Below, in pieces: positions 20,303-29,717 of a stretch of DNA of 64,000 nucleotides. Under the pieces are notes generated by a model. The model saw only the letters and a list, made by a program, of their open reading frames with translations. It searched no databases and had not been told where the DNA came from. Position 1 is the first letter of the stretch. Every line of letters starts with the position of its first letter. A program made the position numbers and the translations under genes. The stretch lies in assembly GCA_965221905.1 (NCBI GenBank), contig OZ244922.1, forward strand, positions 1,344,001-1,408,000. Reading direction: 5' to 3'. The stretch is from Chloroflexota bacterium (lineage in GTDB: Bacteria > Chloroflexota > UBA11872 > VXOZ01).

Positions 20303-21385
20303 GTGATTCCGGTCGCACGAAAAGCCGTCCAGGAAATGTCGCCATATGTGCCTGGGGAGCAGCCCCAGGGACCGGGGTGGACGAAGCTCAATACGAATGA
20401 GAATCCGCACACCTCGCCAAAGGCACTGGCGGCGCTGGAAGGCCAAGCCAATCAGGCCCTTTCACGGTATCCCGATCCCCTGGCGCGAGACCTGCGCCAC
20501 AAGCTGGCAGAGATTTATGAGCTTGACGTCGAGTGGATCTATGTTGATAACGGCTCGGACCAAATCCTCAATCTGATCTTTCGCGCCTACGTTGACCGAG
20601 GGCAAACCGTAGCGTACACGTTCCCCACCTATCCTTACTATGAAGTTTGGGCGCACATGCAGGATGCCGTAATCAAAACCGTTGAGCCGGGCCCCGACTT
20701 TGCGGTGCCTATCGATGCGTTGGCAGCGGAGCAAGCGACGTTGACGGCGCTCTCAAACCCCAATTCGCCGACGGGGACGTATACGCCTCCCTCTGAGATA
20801 GAGCGATTGGCGCAGCAGTGTGCCGGTCTGCTGGTGGTAGACGAGGCCTACGTTGATTTTGCTTCAGCGTCTGCGTTGCCCTTGGTGCGGCAGTATGACA
20901 ACATTATTGTGTCGCGGAGCATGTCCAAGTCTTTCGGTCTCGCCGGAGTCCGCGTTGGGTACGCGTTTGCGCGACCCGAGCTCTTGGAACCCTTGTGGAA
21001 GCTCAGAGATTCATATAGCGTCAGCCGACCCAGCCAGGCGATTGCGGTTGCAACGCTGGAAGACTACGATTGGATGCGGGCAGTTTGCGCTGAAATTGGC
21101 GCGCGACGCGAGCGCGTAGCCGCCAGGTTGGCGCAGGAATTTCCCTGCAAAGTTTACCCCTCTGACGCGAATTTTCTCTTTGTCGAGCCAACGCAACACG
21201 CGGCAGTGGACGTATTCGAAGCATTGAAGGCGCAGAAGGTGCTGGTGCGTTACTTCCGTCAACACGGTTTGGAGCGTTTTTTGCGTATTACTATTGGAAC
21301 CGAAGAGGAAATGGAGTCATTCTTCAGCGGCTTGAGCGAGGTGTTGAGGCAGAGCAACGTGCCAACGACGGGAGGTACACAGTAA
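20303..21385 (+). CDS. hisC: Histidinol-phosphate aminotransferase
   Basis: YVPGEQP, KLNTNENP, RYPD, NGSD, NPNSPTG, VDEAY, RSMSKSFGLAGVRVG, LRITIG. Confidence 0.93.
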   Translation: MIPVARKAVQEMSPYVPGEQPQGPGWTKLNTNENPHTSPKALAALEGQANQALSRYPDPLARDLRHKLAEIYELDVEWIYVDNGSDQILNLIFRAYVDRGQTVAYTFPTYPYYEVWAHMQDAVIKTVEPGPDFAVPIDALAAEQATLTALSNPNSPTGTYTPPSEIERLAQQCAGLLVVDEAYVDFASASALPLVRQYDNIIVSRSMSKSFGLAGVRVGYAFARPELLEPLWKLRDSYSVSRPSQAIAVATLEDYDWMRAVCAEIGARRERVAARLAQEFPCKVYPSDANFLFVEPTQHAAVDVFEALKAQKVLVRYFRQHGLERFLRITIGTEEEMESFFSGLSEVLRQSNVPTTGGTQ

Positions 21386-21386
21386 C

Positions 21387-23498
21387 GTGGAACTAGTCTG
21401 GGCAGTCCCTATTGCCAGTATTATCTCGGTTATTTTCGCTATTTGGCTAGCGTACGATGTGTTGCGCCGCGACCGGGGTACCGAACAGATGCAGGAAATC
21501 GCGGGCATGATCTTCGAAGGCGCTACCGCATTTCTCAATCGGCAATACCGCACGATCGCGATTTTGGCGATTGTGGCGGCGATTGTGATTGGCGCCATTG
21601 TCGGTTATTTCTCATCTGACACTACGCTCGGCATCAAGACCTCAGCGGCTTTTCTGGTGGGCGCGATATGTTCGGGCCTCTCCGGTTTCGTCGGCATGTA
21701 CATTGCCGTACAGGCGAACGGACGTGCTGCTAGCGCCGCTCGTTCGAGCTTGGAAGAAGCGCTGAAGGTCTCACTGCGCGGCGGCGCTGTTTCCGGTTTC
21801 CTCGTCGTGGCGCTGAGTCTTATCGGCGTCGGCGCAATGCTGTTGATCTACGGCGGCACTGACCTCACGCCGGAGAATTCGGTTGCGGTCGTGAGCAGTA
21901 TCGTTGGTTTTGGCTTTGGCGCTAGCTTCGTGGCGCTTTTTGCCCAGCTTGGCGGCGGTATCTTCACTAAGGCTGCCGACGTGGGCGCGGACTTGGTCGG
22001 TAAGGTTGAGCAAGGAATTCCCGAAGACGACCCGCGCAATGCGGCGGTGATTGCTGACTTGGTAGGCGATAACGTGGGCGATTGCGCCGGTCGCGGCGCG
22101 GACCTTTTCGAGTCGACGGCTGCCGAGAATATCGGGGCGATGATCCTCGGGGCGAGCCTTGCGGTTGCTACCAATAATCTAGCCTGGGTGCTCTTCCCGC
22201 TGATCGTGCGCGCATTTGGGTTGGTTGCCTCTATTGTGGGTATCTTCCTGGCGCGTGGCGCCAATCCCGATAATCCGATGTCGGCCCTCAATAAGGGCTA
22301 CTACGTGATTACCGGGCTCTCGATTATCTTCATGTTCGTCTCGGTGCACTATCTGCTGGAAGACCTCATGTTCTTTTGGGCAGGGACGGTAGGCATCTTG
22401 ACCAGCCTAGCCTTTGTGTACATCACCCAGTACTATACGTCCGGCAATTGGCGTCCGGTGAAGGAAATTGCGGAAGCTTCCCGTACCGGGCCGGCCACGA
22501 ATATCATTAGCGGGTTTGCCCTCGGCCTGGAGACAACCGCCACGTCGGTGCTCGCGATTGTCTTGGCGCTGGGTCTTTCCTTTTGGCTCGGCACGATGGC
22601 CGAAGTGGAAGGTGTGAGCTCGTCGGTGAAGGGCATCTATGCGACGGCGGTGGCGACGATGGGCATGCTCATGAGCGCTGCCTACGTGCTCTCGATGGAT
22701 ACCTTCGGGCCGATTACCGACAATGCAGGCGGCATTACCGCGATGTCGGACGCGCCGGAAGAGGCTCGCGCGATTACGGACCAGCTCGACTCGGTAGGAA
22801 ACACCACCAAGGCGCTCACCAAAGGCTACGCCATCGGCTCTGCCGGTCTGGCGGCCTTCCTCCTCTTCCAAGCGTTTCTCGATGAGGTGCGGTTCGAGTT
22901 GAACCTCCCGTATGAGGCCGTACAAGTGGACTTGGTGAAGGTCGAGGTCTTCATTGGCGGTTTCATCGGGGCGATGGTCGTCTTCCTCTTTAGCTCGCTG
23001 GCGATTCGCGCCGTGGGGCGCGCGGCGAGCGATATCATCGAGGAAGTCCGTCGTCAGTTCGCGGAGAACCCCGGCATTATGGAAGGCACGGTGCGGCCCG
23101 ACTATGCCCGCTGCGTGGATATTACTACCCGCTCGGCCCTCCGACAGATGATTCTCCCCGGCGTCTTGGCAATTTCGGCCCCGATCATCGTTGGCGTCGC
23201 CTTGCGCTGGGAGGCGGAAGCGGCGTTCCTCATGGTAGGTACGATGTCCGGTATCATCCTGGCGACAGTCCTCAATAACGGCGGCGGCGCGTGGGATAAT
23301 GCCAAGAAATACATTGAGGCGGGCAATCTGAAGGACGCTGATGGCAACGTGATCGGCAAGAATTCGGTGGCGCACCTTGCGGCTGTTGTCGGCGATACCG
23401 TTGGCGACCCCCTCAAGGACACGGCCGGACCGTCCCTCCACGTGCTTATCAAGCTCTTCTCCACGATTACGCTCGTGTTGGCGCCGCTGTTTATCTAA
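21387..23498 (+). CDS. hppA: Membrane-bound H+-translocating pyrophosphatase, K+-independent type
   Basis: GGGIFTKAADVGADLVGKVE, EDDPRN, DNVGD, GNTTKA (Lys marks the K+-independent clade), GGAWDNAKK, GDTVGDPLKDT. Confidence 0.96.
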   Translation: MELVWAVPIASIISVIFAIWLAYDVLRRDRGTEQMQEIAGMIFEGATAFLNRQYRTIAILAIVAAIVIGAIVGYFSSDTTLGIKTSAAFLVGAICSGLSGFVGMYIAVQANGRAASAARSSLEEALKVSLRGGAVSGFLVVALSLIGVGAMLLIYGGTDLTPENSVAVVSSIVGFGFGASFVALFAQLGGGIFTKAADVGADLVGKVEQGIPEDDPRNAAVIADLVGDNVGDCAGRGADLFESTAAENIGAMILGASLAVATNNLAWVLFPLIVRAFGLVASIVGIFLARGANPDNPMSALNKGYYVITGLSIIFMFVSVHYLLEDLMFFWAGTVGILTSLAFVYITQYYTSGNWRPVKEIAEASRTGPATNIISGFALGLETTATSVLAIVLALGLSFWLGTMAEVEGVSSSVKGIYATAVATMGMLMSAAYVLSMDTFGPITDNAGGITAMSDAPEEARAITDQLDSVGNTTKALTKGYAIGSAGLAAFLLFQAFLDEVRFELNLPYEAVQVDLVKVEVFIGGFIGAMVVFLFSSLAIRAVGRAASDIIEEVRRQFAENPGIMEGTVRPDYARCVDITTRSALRQMILPGVLAISAPIIVGVALRWEAEAAFLMVGTMSGIILATVLNNGGGAWDNAKKYIEAGNLKDADGNVIGKNSVAHLAAVVGDTVGDPLKDTAGPSLHVLIKLFSTITLVLAPLFI

Positions 23499-23664
23499 GG
23501 GTGCAGGATTGCGTGTAGCGTCGCCGACAATAGAATCGAGATTTTGTAGGGGCGGTTCGCTCGTGTTGGCGCCGCTGTTTATCTAGGGGTGCAGGATTGC
23601 TCGTAGCGTCGTCGCTGACAATAGAATCGAGATTGAGTAGGGGCGGTTCGCGAACCGCCCCTAC
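23470..23664 (+). repeat. ~90-bp tandem duplication of the hppA 3' end, ending in a GTAG REP
   Basis: cgctcgtgttggcgccgctgtttatcta...gacaatagaatcgagatt..gtaggggcggttcgc occurs twice; full REP GTAGGGGCGGTTCGCGAACCGCCCCTAC at 23637-23664. Confidence 0.85.
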
Positions 23665-23714
23665 ATTTCATTTACGATTGTTGGTCACTAGTGAATCGCT
23701 GAGATAGATTGCCA

Positions 23715-25268
23715 ATGCCTGAGCTTTTCTTTTACGGCGGCAGCAACGAGATAGGGGGCAACAAGATCCTGCTCGTTGACGGCGCCACACGCCTCTTCTT
23801 TGACTTCGGCATTTCTTTCAAGGCGCGGGGGAAATACTTCGAAGAGTTTTTGAATCCCCGTGCAGGCTATGGTTTGAACGACTTCTTCCAGACCGGAATG
23901 TTGCCGCCATTGCAGGGCATCTACCGGCCCGATCTGGAACCGGACGCCGACTTTTGGGTGCGTTGGCAGTCTGAGCCGCTCTCCCGCACGCTCGACCATG
24001 TGGATGGCGTGCTGCTGAGCCACGCTCACGTGGACCACACCGGTTCGGTCTCTTTCCTACGCCCCGACATTCCGCTCTACACCACGGCCCTTACGGCACT
24101 TATCTCCAAAGCGATCCAGGATAGCGGGCCGTCCGACATGGAGCGGGAAATGGCATATGCCGTCCCGCGCGAGAGCAAGGATGGCGTGCTGCAAACTATG
24201 CGGGGAGCGCCTCTGCAGCAGCGTCCGCTGCGCGTGCTCTCGGGGCCGCTTTCGCTAGAAGCGGAGAGGTTTTGGCACGAGTCTCCTCAAGCGCGGAGAG
24301 GCATGGCGGCAACGCCCGTGGAACCGGCAGGCGATACAATCGGTGCGGGCAACGCCTTGCGCTGGTTTCCGGTGGACCACTCCATCTATGGCGCGGCGGC
24401 GTTTGCCGTGGAGACTACCGCCGGTTGGGTGGCGTATACCGGCGACTTGCGCTTGCACGGTCTGCATGGCCAGCAGACACAAGAGGCGGTGGCGGCGCTG
24501 GCGGCGCTCAAGCCGACGGTCTTGCTCTGCGAAGGGACGCGCGGAGCGGAAAGTGCTCCCACATCCGAACAAGATGTCTACGAAACTGCAGCCGAGATAG
24601 TAAGGCAAGCGAGGGGCAAGCTGGTCTTTGCCGACTTCGGCCCGCGCAACGTGGAACGGCTCCTCATCTTTCACAAGATTGCGCGGGAGACCGGTCGACG
24701 CTTGGCCGTACTCAATAAGGACGCATACCTCCTGGAGGCGATGCACTATGCCGCGCCCGATGAGGTACCCGACTTTGGCACGGCACCGAACTTTGCCCTT
24801 TACCAGAAGGGTCGCGCTCGCGTCAGCGGCTGGGAGAAGAAGCTCCTGGAGCGGCATAACGCCCTGCTCGTGGATGCGGAAGAGGTGCGCAACAGTCCCG
24901 GTGACTATATTCTCTGTTTCTCGTTCTGGGACATCAACGAGTTGGCGAGCCTTGCGCCGGTACCGGCGGTCTACATCTACTCCAGCAGCGAGGCCTTCAA
25001 TGAGGAAATGGCGATCGACCACCAGCGGCTGGGTCATTGGCTGAAGCATTTCGGCGTGGAGTCTCACGGTTTGGGCGAAACGCAGGACGACCCATTGCAC
25101 GCCTCCGGCCACGCCAGCGGCACCGAGTTGCTCGACATAATCTGCCAGATCCGCCCCCAGCAACTCGTTCCCATCCACACCCAAGACCCCACGTTCTTTC
25201 TGGACGCCCTAGCGCACGACGACATCGAGGTAGTTCTGCCCACGCCCTATCGACCATTGCGGTTCTGA
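23715..25268 (+). CDS. Metallo-beta-lactamase/beta-CASP nuclease (RNase J-like)
   Basis: GGSNEIGGN, DFG, SHAHVDH, VDHS, YTGD, EGT, HASGH, PIH. Confidence 0.82.
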   Translation: MPELFFYGGSNEIGGNKILLVDGATRLFFDFGISFKARGKYFEEFLNPRAGYGLNDFFQTGMLPPLQGIYRPDLEPDADFWVRWQSEPLSRTLDHVDGVLLSHAHVDHTGSVSFLRPDIPLYTTALTALISKAIQDSGPSDMEREMAYAVPRESKDGVLQTMRGAPLQQRPLRVLSGPLSLEAERFWHESPQARRGMAATPVEPAGDTIGAGNALRWFPVDHSIYGAAAFAVETTAGWVAYTGDLRLHGLHGQQTQEAVAALAALKPTVLLCEGTRGAESAPTSEQDVYETAAEIVRQARGKLVFADFGPRNVERLLIFHKIARETGRRLAVLNKDAYLLEAMHYAAPDEVPDFGTAPNFALYQKGRARVSGWEKKLLERHNALLVDAEEVRNSPGDYILCFSFWDINELASLAPVPAVYIYSSSEAFNEEMAIDHQRLGHWLKHFGVESHGLGETQDDPLHASGHASGTELLDIICQIRPQQLVPIHTQDPTFFLDALAHDDIEVVLPTPYRPLRF

Positions 25269-25424
25269 GAGAGACCGTGCGCCTGGTGGCTACGTCCAGC
25301 GCGCAGGCGGTGTAGGTGGGTACCGCGCGTTGCCCTCACTACCGTATTGGTTCACGCTTTTCGCCTCTTGCCATGGTACGCTAAGAGCTACGATACGTTA
25401 ATAACTGTGGCAGGAGCGGGGAAA

Positions 25425-26231
25425 ATGGAAGAGAAGACAATCTGGCGCAGTCCTGAAGCCCTGGTTACGATTGGGTTTCAGCGCGCTACCGTCGTGATGA
25501 TGAATGAGGCTCACGACGGCTATCAGCGGTGTATCCGCACGAGGGAGATCGGCCGGCGCATCTTGCCCGCGGCCCATCAGGCCGGTGTGTGCCACCTTGC
25601 CATGGAGGCACTGATGCCATACTCGTTTGCCGCTGAGGCCAACCGGACGCGGCGGCTACCGGCTCTGCCTGTAGAAGGTTACTTGTGCCAACCGGAGATG
25701 CGGCTCTTCATGCAAGCGGCGCTCGACCGCGGTTGGACTCTGGTTCCTTATGAGGCAGACTATGAGGCGCATCCTGCAGAACTCAAGAAGTTTGAGAGTA
25801 GCAACTTGAACGAAGAGCAGCAGGCACACAGCCTTAGCAACGCTCTCATGGAGAGGCTCAATTGGCGCGAAGACCAGCAGGCGCGCACCATCGCCAACAC
25901 TCTTGATGCACTACCGGCAGGAGCTAGACTCCTTGTCTGGTGTGGCTGGAGCCATCATGCGAAATCCGCCTTCGGGAGACATCTATCCATGGGGTACCGG
26001 TTTCGCGAACTGAGTGGAATTGATCATTTTGCGATCGATCAGGTTGTTACCGTTGACGTAAGTGCTGAGGGTTCACCGAAGGGGCCGCATCTGGCGGAGC
26101 AATATGCATCGGAACTGGCAGCATACGGCGGCACGGCAGGGTTTCTCACGGAGGAATCTCCCGTCTCCTTCCTGCGCAACCGCGAGGATCACGACGCGTT
26201 CATTTTGTCCACGCAGAATGAAATGGTCTGA
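25425..26231 (+). CDS. Hypothetical protein, possibly EreA/ChaN/TraB-like fold
   Basis: VMMNEAH, HLAMEAL, REDQQA..I, LVWCGWSH pattern; GGAG RBS. Confidence 0.55.
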   Translation: MEEKTIWRSPEALVTIGFQRATVVMMNEAHDGYQRCIRTREIGRRILPAAHQAGVCHLAMEALMPYSFAAEANRTRRLPALPVEGYLCQPEMRLFMQAALDRGWTLVPYEADYEAHPAELKKFESSNLNEEQQAHSLSNALMERLNWREDQQARTIANTLDALPAGARLLVWCGWSHHAKSAFGRHLSMGYRFRELSGIDHFAIDQVVTVDVSAEGSPKGPHLAEQYASELAAYGGTAGFLTEESPVSFLRNREDHDAFILSTQNEMV

Positions 26232-26253
26232 GGCCCGTTTACTTCCTCTGTGC

Positions 26254-27144
26254 CTACCGTCCAAACACCTCGAAGACAATTGTCGTGCTGAAGCCTATGC
26301 CATCGATTTGAACACCGTAGCAGCCCGGCGCCCGTACGACGACCCATGTAAAGAGTTCTTCCCACCAGCCTGAACCCCGTGTATCGAGACGGTTACCGGT
26401 GGTGTACGCGGGAAAATGCAGCGACGAATGAGCCAACTCCGGCGCCGGGTGGCCGTCTCCCATCCGCTGGAAGCGCAGGGATTCCGGGCCGTTCAATTGG
26501 CGGCCGCGGATCACAATAGGGCCGGTGTACTGCGGGTCGCGGGTCCATACCACTTTGTTCCAGTACCACCCGTCGTGCGCGTAAAGGGCGGACCAGTTAA
26601 TGCTCATGCTCGTCAGATAAGGTAAGCTATAGACGGGACCCTCTCCCATGACTTGATACAGATAGCCCTCCACCGAGCGAATGGGAGTTTCCGCACAGGC
26701 GTCACCCGGCTCAAGAACCGGCAGTTGCAGCGGACGCTGCTCCAACGCGAGAACTATCGCATTCCAATTGGTTGGTTCGTCACAATTCCCGTACCGGCGG
26801 CACTCTCGCGCAAGGCGTTCCAGCATATCCGGTGCAGTCGGAGCCACGGCCGTGGCAGTTGCAAGGAGCTGGGCTTTAGACTCTACGGTCGGCGTAGCCG
26901 TTGGCGCTCCAGGATGCACAGTAACGCTACAGGCCGCGAGCAGCAGCAGGTAAACACCCGCAATCACTAGCGGGCGGACTATGCGGACGTGACGGGATCG
27001 CCAGGGCTTTTCCGATGTTGATCCGTCAATCCGGCGAATGCCGGAATCCAGGGCTCGGCGCAGCAATTGCGTCTTCGATTCCCGCTTACCTGGAAACAAT
27101 GAGCGTTTGCAAACATTCAGCAGTGACCAAATAGGTAAAGCCAT
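26254..27144 (-). CDS. Hypothetical lipoprotein
   Basis: Hydrophobic segment with LAAC lipobox, PTATPT linker, C-terminal domain ending PGCYGVQIDG; start uncertain. Confidence 0.55.
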   Translation of the reverse strand: MALPIWSLLNVCKRSLFPGKRESKTQLLRRALDSGIRRIDGSTSEKPWRSRHVRIVRPLVIAGVYLLLLAACSVTVHPGAPTATPTVESKAQLLATATAVAPTAPDMLERLARECRRYGNCDEPTNWNAIVLALEQRPLQLPVLEPGDACAETPIRSVEGYLYQVMGEGPVYSLPYLTSMSINWSALYAHDGWYWNKVVWTRDPQYTGPIVIRGRQLNGPESLRFQRMGDGHPAPELAHSSLHFPAYTTGNRLDTRGSGWWEELFTWVVVRAPGCYGVQIDGIGFSTTIVFEVFGR

Positions 27145-27241
27145 GAGAAACTCCGTGTGCACACACCCTTTTTGTCAGTATACTTGACCAGACAGGTAGA
27201 GCACGTGTTTATTTGAGAAGTACAAGGCAATAGGCCTTCGC

Positions 27242-27598
27242 ATGACGCGTATCCTCCACATCACGCAACGTGCCGCTTGGGAAGCGGCGCGGCAGGCAGG
27301 CAGCTACCCTGTACCGCCACTTGCCCCGCAGGGGTTCATCCACTGCTCCCGGCCCGATCAGGTGATTAGAGTGGCGGATACTGTGTTTCGCGGCCGGCCG
27401 GACCTGGTACTCTTGTGCATCGCCGTAGATTGTTTGACTGCGCCGCTGGATCCAGATGGCTTAGCGGAGGGTGAGGAGGATTTCCCCCACATCCATGGCC
27501 AAATCAACTTGGATGCAGTGGTTGAGGTGCTAGACTTTCCGCCAAATGAGGACGGTACGTTCGCTCTGCCAAAATCAGTCAGCGAGTTGGATGATTAG
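27242..27598 (+). CDS. DUF952 family protein
   Basis: ILHI...WEAA...Y, GFIHCS..Q, LVLL.I, FPHIHG.INLDAV. Confidence 0.88.
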   Translation: MTRILHITQRAAWEAARQAGSYPVPPLAPQGFIHCSRPDQVIRVADTVFRGRPDLVLLCIAVDCLTAPLDPDGLAEGEEDFPHIHGQINLDAVVEVLDFPPNEDGTFALPKSVSELDD

Positions 27599-27864
27599 GC
27601 GGCTATTGGAAACTAGCCACTGCCGATGGCCGCTGCCCTTCCTTCAGCGCCTTTCTAGCGGCTGTGTTTCAATAGTTCAGGTATGCCCAAAGGGCTATGA
27701 AAGGCCATTCTTGGAAGCGGACCCGGATGTCAAGGGTCTAAGGTTAACGACTGGGTACGCCTCTGCATAATTTGCTGACCCTAGATTCCGGCTTCCGCCG
27801 GAATTGTACGTGTTGACTAATTCGTTGACAGAGTCCCCTCCCCACTTGGCAGTGTTGACTGTCA

Positions 27865-27970
27865 ATGTCATTCCGAGCGCAGTGAGGAATCTAGGGTCCA
27901 TGCCATACATAGATTAATAGGCTCAGCACTGTAGATTCCTCACTGCGCTGCGCTCCGTTCGGAATGACAT
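27865..27970. repeat. TGTCATTCCG...CGGAATGACA palindromic REP/MITE-like element
   Basis: ATGTCATTCCGA/TCGGAATGACAT termini; perfect inner arms AGCGCAGTGAGGAATCTA/TAGATTCCTCACTGCGCT. Confidence 0.85.
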
Positions 27971-28089
27971 GTGTAGTAGTCATATACGGTACTGCGTTTA
28001 GTTGCTCTTGTATTCAAATCTGTCAACGAATTACCTGACACTTACAGGAATGACGGATGCCGATACAAGCTGTTCGCGCGGCGAACGGA

Positions 28090-28112
28090 CGCAGGTTGCA
28101 AACCTGCGCTAC
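28090..28112 (-). repeat. GTAG REP (GTAGCGCAGGTTTGCAACCTGCG)
   Basis: Exact copy of the REP at 3728 and 29359. Confidence 0.8.
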
Positions 28113-28192
28113 CGGAAAAGCATGGGGGACTCAAGTCAAACCGATTGGGGTTTCCACGGGCTTGGAGAGTTCGTTTCCAGCCATCAACTGCC

Positions 28193-29284
28193 TCACACCT
28201 GCACGGGCCCTGTGAATATGTGCTCGGGAATGAAGCTAGCTTTAGCGCTGGCGTGGACGTGGTCGATGCCGTCGGTGGTAACTTGGGAGAGGGCGGTGAG
28301 GTGGGTGCTTTCGCCGCTGACGCCGCTGCGGTTGCCGCCGCCGTGGCCGCGCAGCCATTGGGGGTCGATCAGTTGCTCGCCTTGCCATTGGCCCTGCGTG
28401 GCGAGCAGGTGACCGAATCGGGCGATGTCGGCGGCGCACATGACCGCCCACCCGGGGCCGCTGCGTACCACGTGACCATTGATGCGGTACGGCGGGTCGA
28501 GGTAGGTGTAAGAGTCAGGGATCTCCGGGTAGAAATACTGCTGTGACTGCACATCCTCACCGAAATACCAGTCCCAGCTATCGGGCGCGATGCCAATCTT
28601 GCCGAAGAGCCGCTCATCCAGCACGTCTTTAAGGTCGCGGTCCCAGACGTATGTCAGCGCCTGCCCCATCCGCCAGAAGCCGGCGCTGCTGTAGTGCTCC
28701 TGTGTGCCGGGCGCAGCATGGGAATAGAGATCGTAGAAGGGATCGCCGGTCCAATTTGCCCAGGCCGGACAGCACTTGTCGGCTTCTTCCTGGGAGCGTC
28801 CCGCACGTCCCTTGGCGTACTCGCTACCAATTTCCATGGGAAAGCCGCCCTGATGGGTGCGGCCGTACTTGGTGCCGATGATGTGCCGCCAGGTAAGGTT
28901 CTCATGGTGGCCGCGGTTGAGGTACTTGTGGGGATGGGAGAGCGCGCCTTCACCCGTCCACGTCCGGTGAATCGGCGCATCGACGTCCAGCAAGCCGTCT
29001 TCCACCGCGAATCCAAGCAGTAGCCACATGAAGGCCTTGCCCATTGACGCGGTCTGGAAGCGGTAGTGCGTGTCGCCCCAGACGTGCACACAATAACCGC
29101 CGCGCGTGAGCATAGTGCCCCACTTGTTGCCGGAGTGGTCCTCGCCGCCAAAACTAGCGCCCATTAGGTCCAGATTGCCCAACCACTCCTCAAACGCGCG
29201 CGGATTGAGGCCCGCTTCTGCGGGAGTGATTGTCACCCAGTCCTCTTCCGGAAAAGTGATCCACGCAGGTAAATCGCGGCTCAT
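28193..29284 (-). CDS. Serine hydrolase, beta-lactamase-related (class C-like)
   Basis: SxxK (ASMGK), PGTQEHYSS, RLFGKIG, DIARFG.L...GQW, HGG. Confidence 0.8.
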   Translation of the reverse strand: MSRDLPAWITFPEEDWVTITPAEAGLNPRAFEEWLGNLDLMGASFGGEDHSGNKWGTMLTRGGYCVHVWGDTHYRFQTASMGKAFMWLLLGFAVEDGLLDVDAPIHRTWTGEGALSHPHKYLNRGHHENLTWRHIIGTKYGRTHQGGFPMEIGSEYAKGRAGRSQEEADKCCPAWANWTGDPFYDLYSHAAPGTQEHYSSAGFWRMGQALTYVWDRDLKDVLDERLFGKIGIAPDSWDWYFGEDVQSQQYFYPEIPDSYTYLDPPYRINGHVVRSGPGWAVMCAADIARFGHLLATQGQWQGEQLIDPQWLRGHGGGNRSGVSGESTHLTALSQVTTDGIDHVHASAKASFIPEHIFTGPVQV

Positions 29285-29326
29285 TGACGTCCCCTTATCG
29301 CGAAACTCTAGCTAATCCAATCTCGA

Positions 29327-29558
29327 TTGAACTCAGGATCCAACCCATGCGGCCCGGTGTAGCGCAGGTTTGCAACCTGCGTCCACCGAACTCAGGATAC
29401 AATCCTCGCGACCCGGTAGCGCAGGTTTGCAACCTGCGTCCACCAAACTCAGGATCCAACCGTTACAGCCCGGTAGCGCAGGTTTGCAACCTGCGTCCAC
29501 TGAACTCAGGATCCAACCCTTGCGGTGGGGTAGCGCAGGTTTGCAACCTGCGTCCACC
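29327..29558 (+). repeat. Tandem array of 57-bp REP-containing units
   Basis: GTAGCGCAGGTTTGCAACCTGCGTCCAC at 29359, 29416, 29473 and 29530 (exact 57-bp period), linked by AACTCAGGATMCAA plus ~13 variable nt. Confidence 0.92.
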
Positions 29559-29717
29559 TGCCATGGTCTTCGTTGCAGGTCGGCCGGATTCACATTCACA
29601 CAGGGATGGCAAACCCCTCTTCTCTCGTGCGGGGGACAAACCCCCCATGCCGCGATCTTTCGCTCCACTTAGATTATGGCCGGCAATTGTCACCAACCAA
29701 GCCGTGCTGTCATCTAT

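Noticed and set aside
22407-23441. Long antisense ORFs (also 24255..25184, 39577..40428, 5498..6310, 15092..15859)
   Set aside because: Shadow frames of high-GC genes; no motifs or RBS
29327-29558. CRISPR array
   Set aside because: Variable parts are only ~13 nt and resemble each other, the repeat is a dispersed REP, and there are no cas genes in the window
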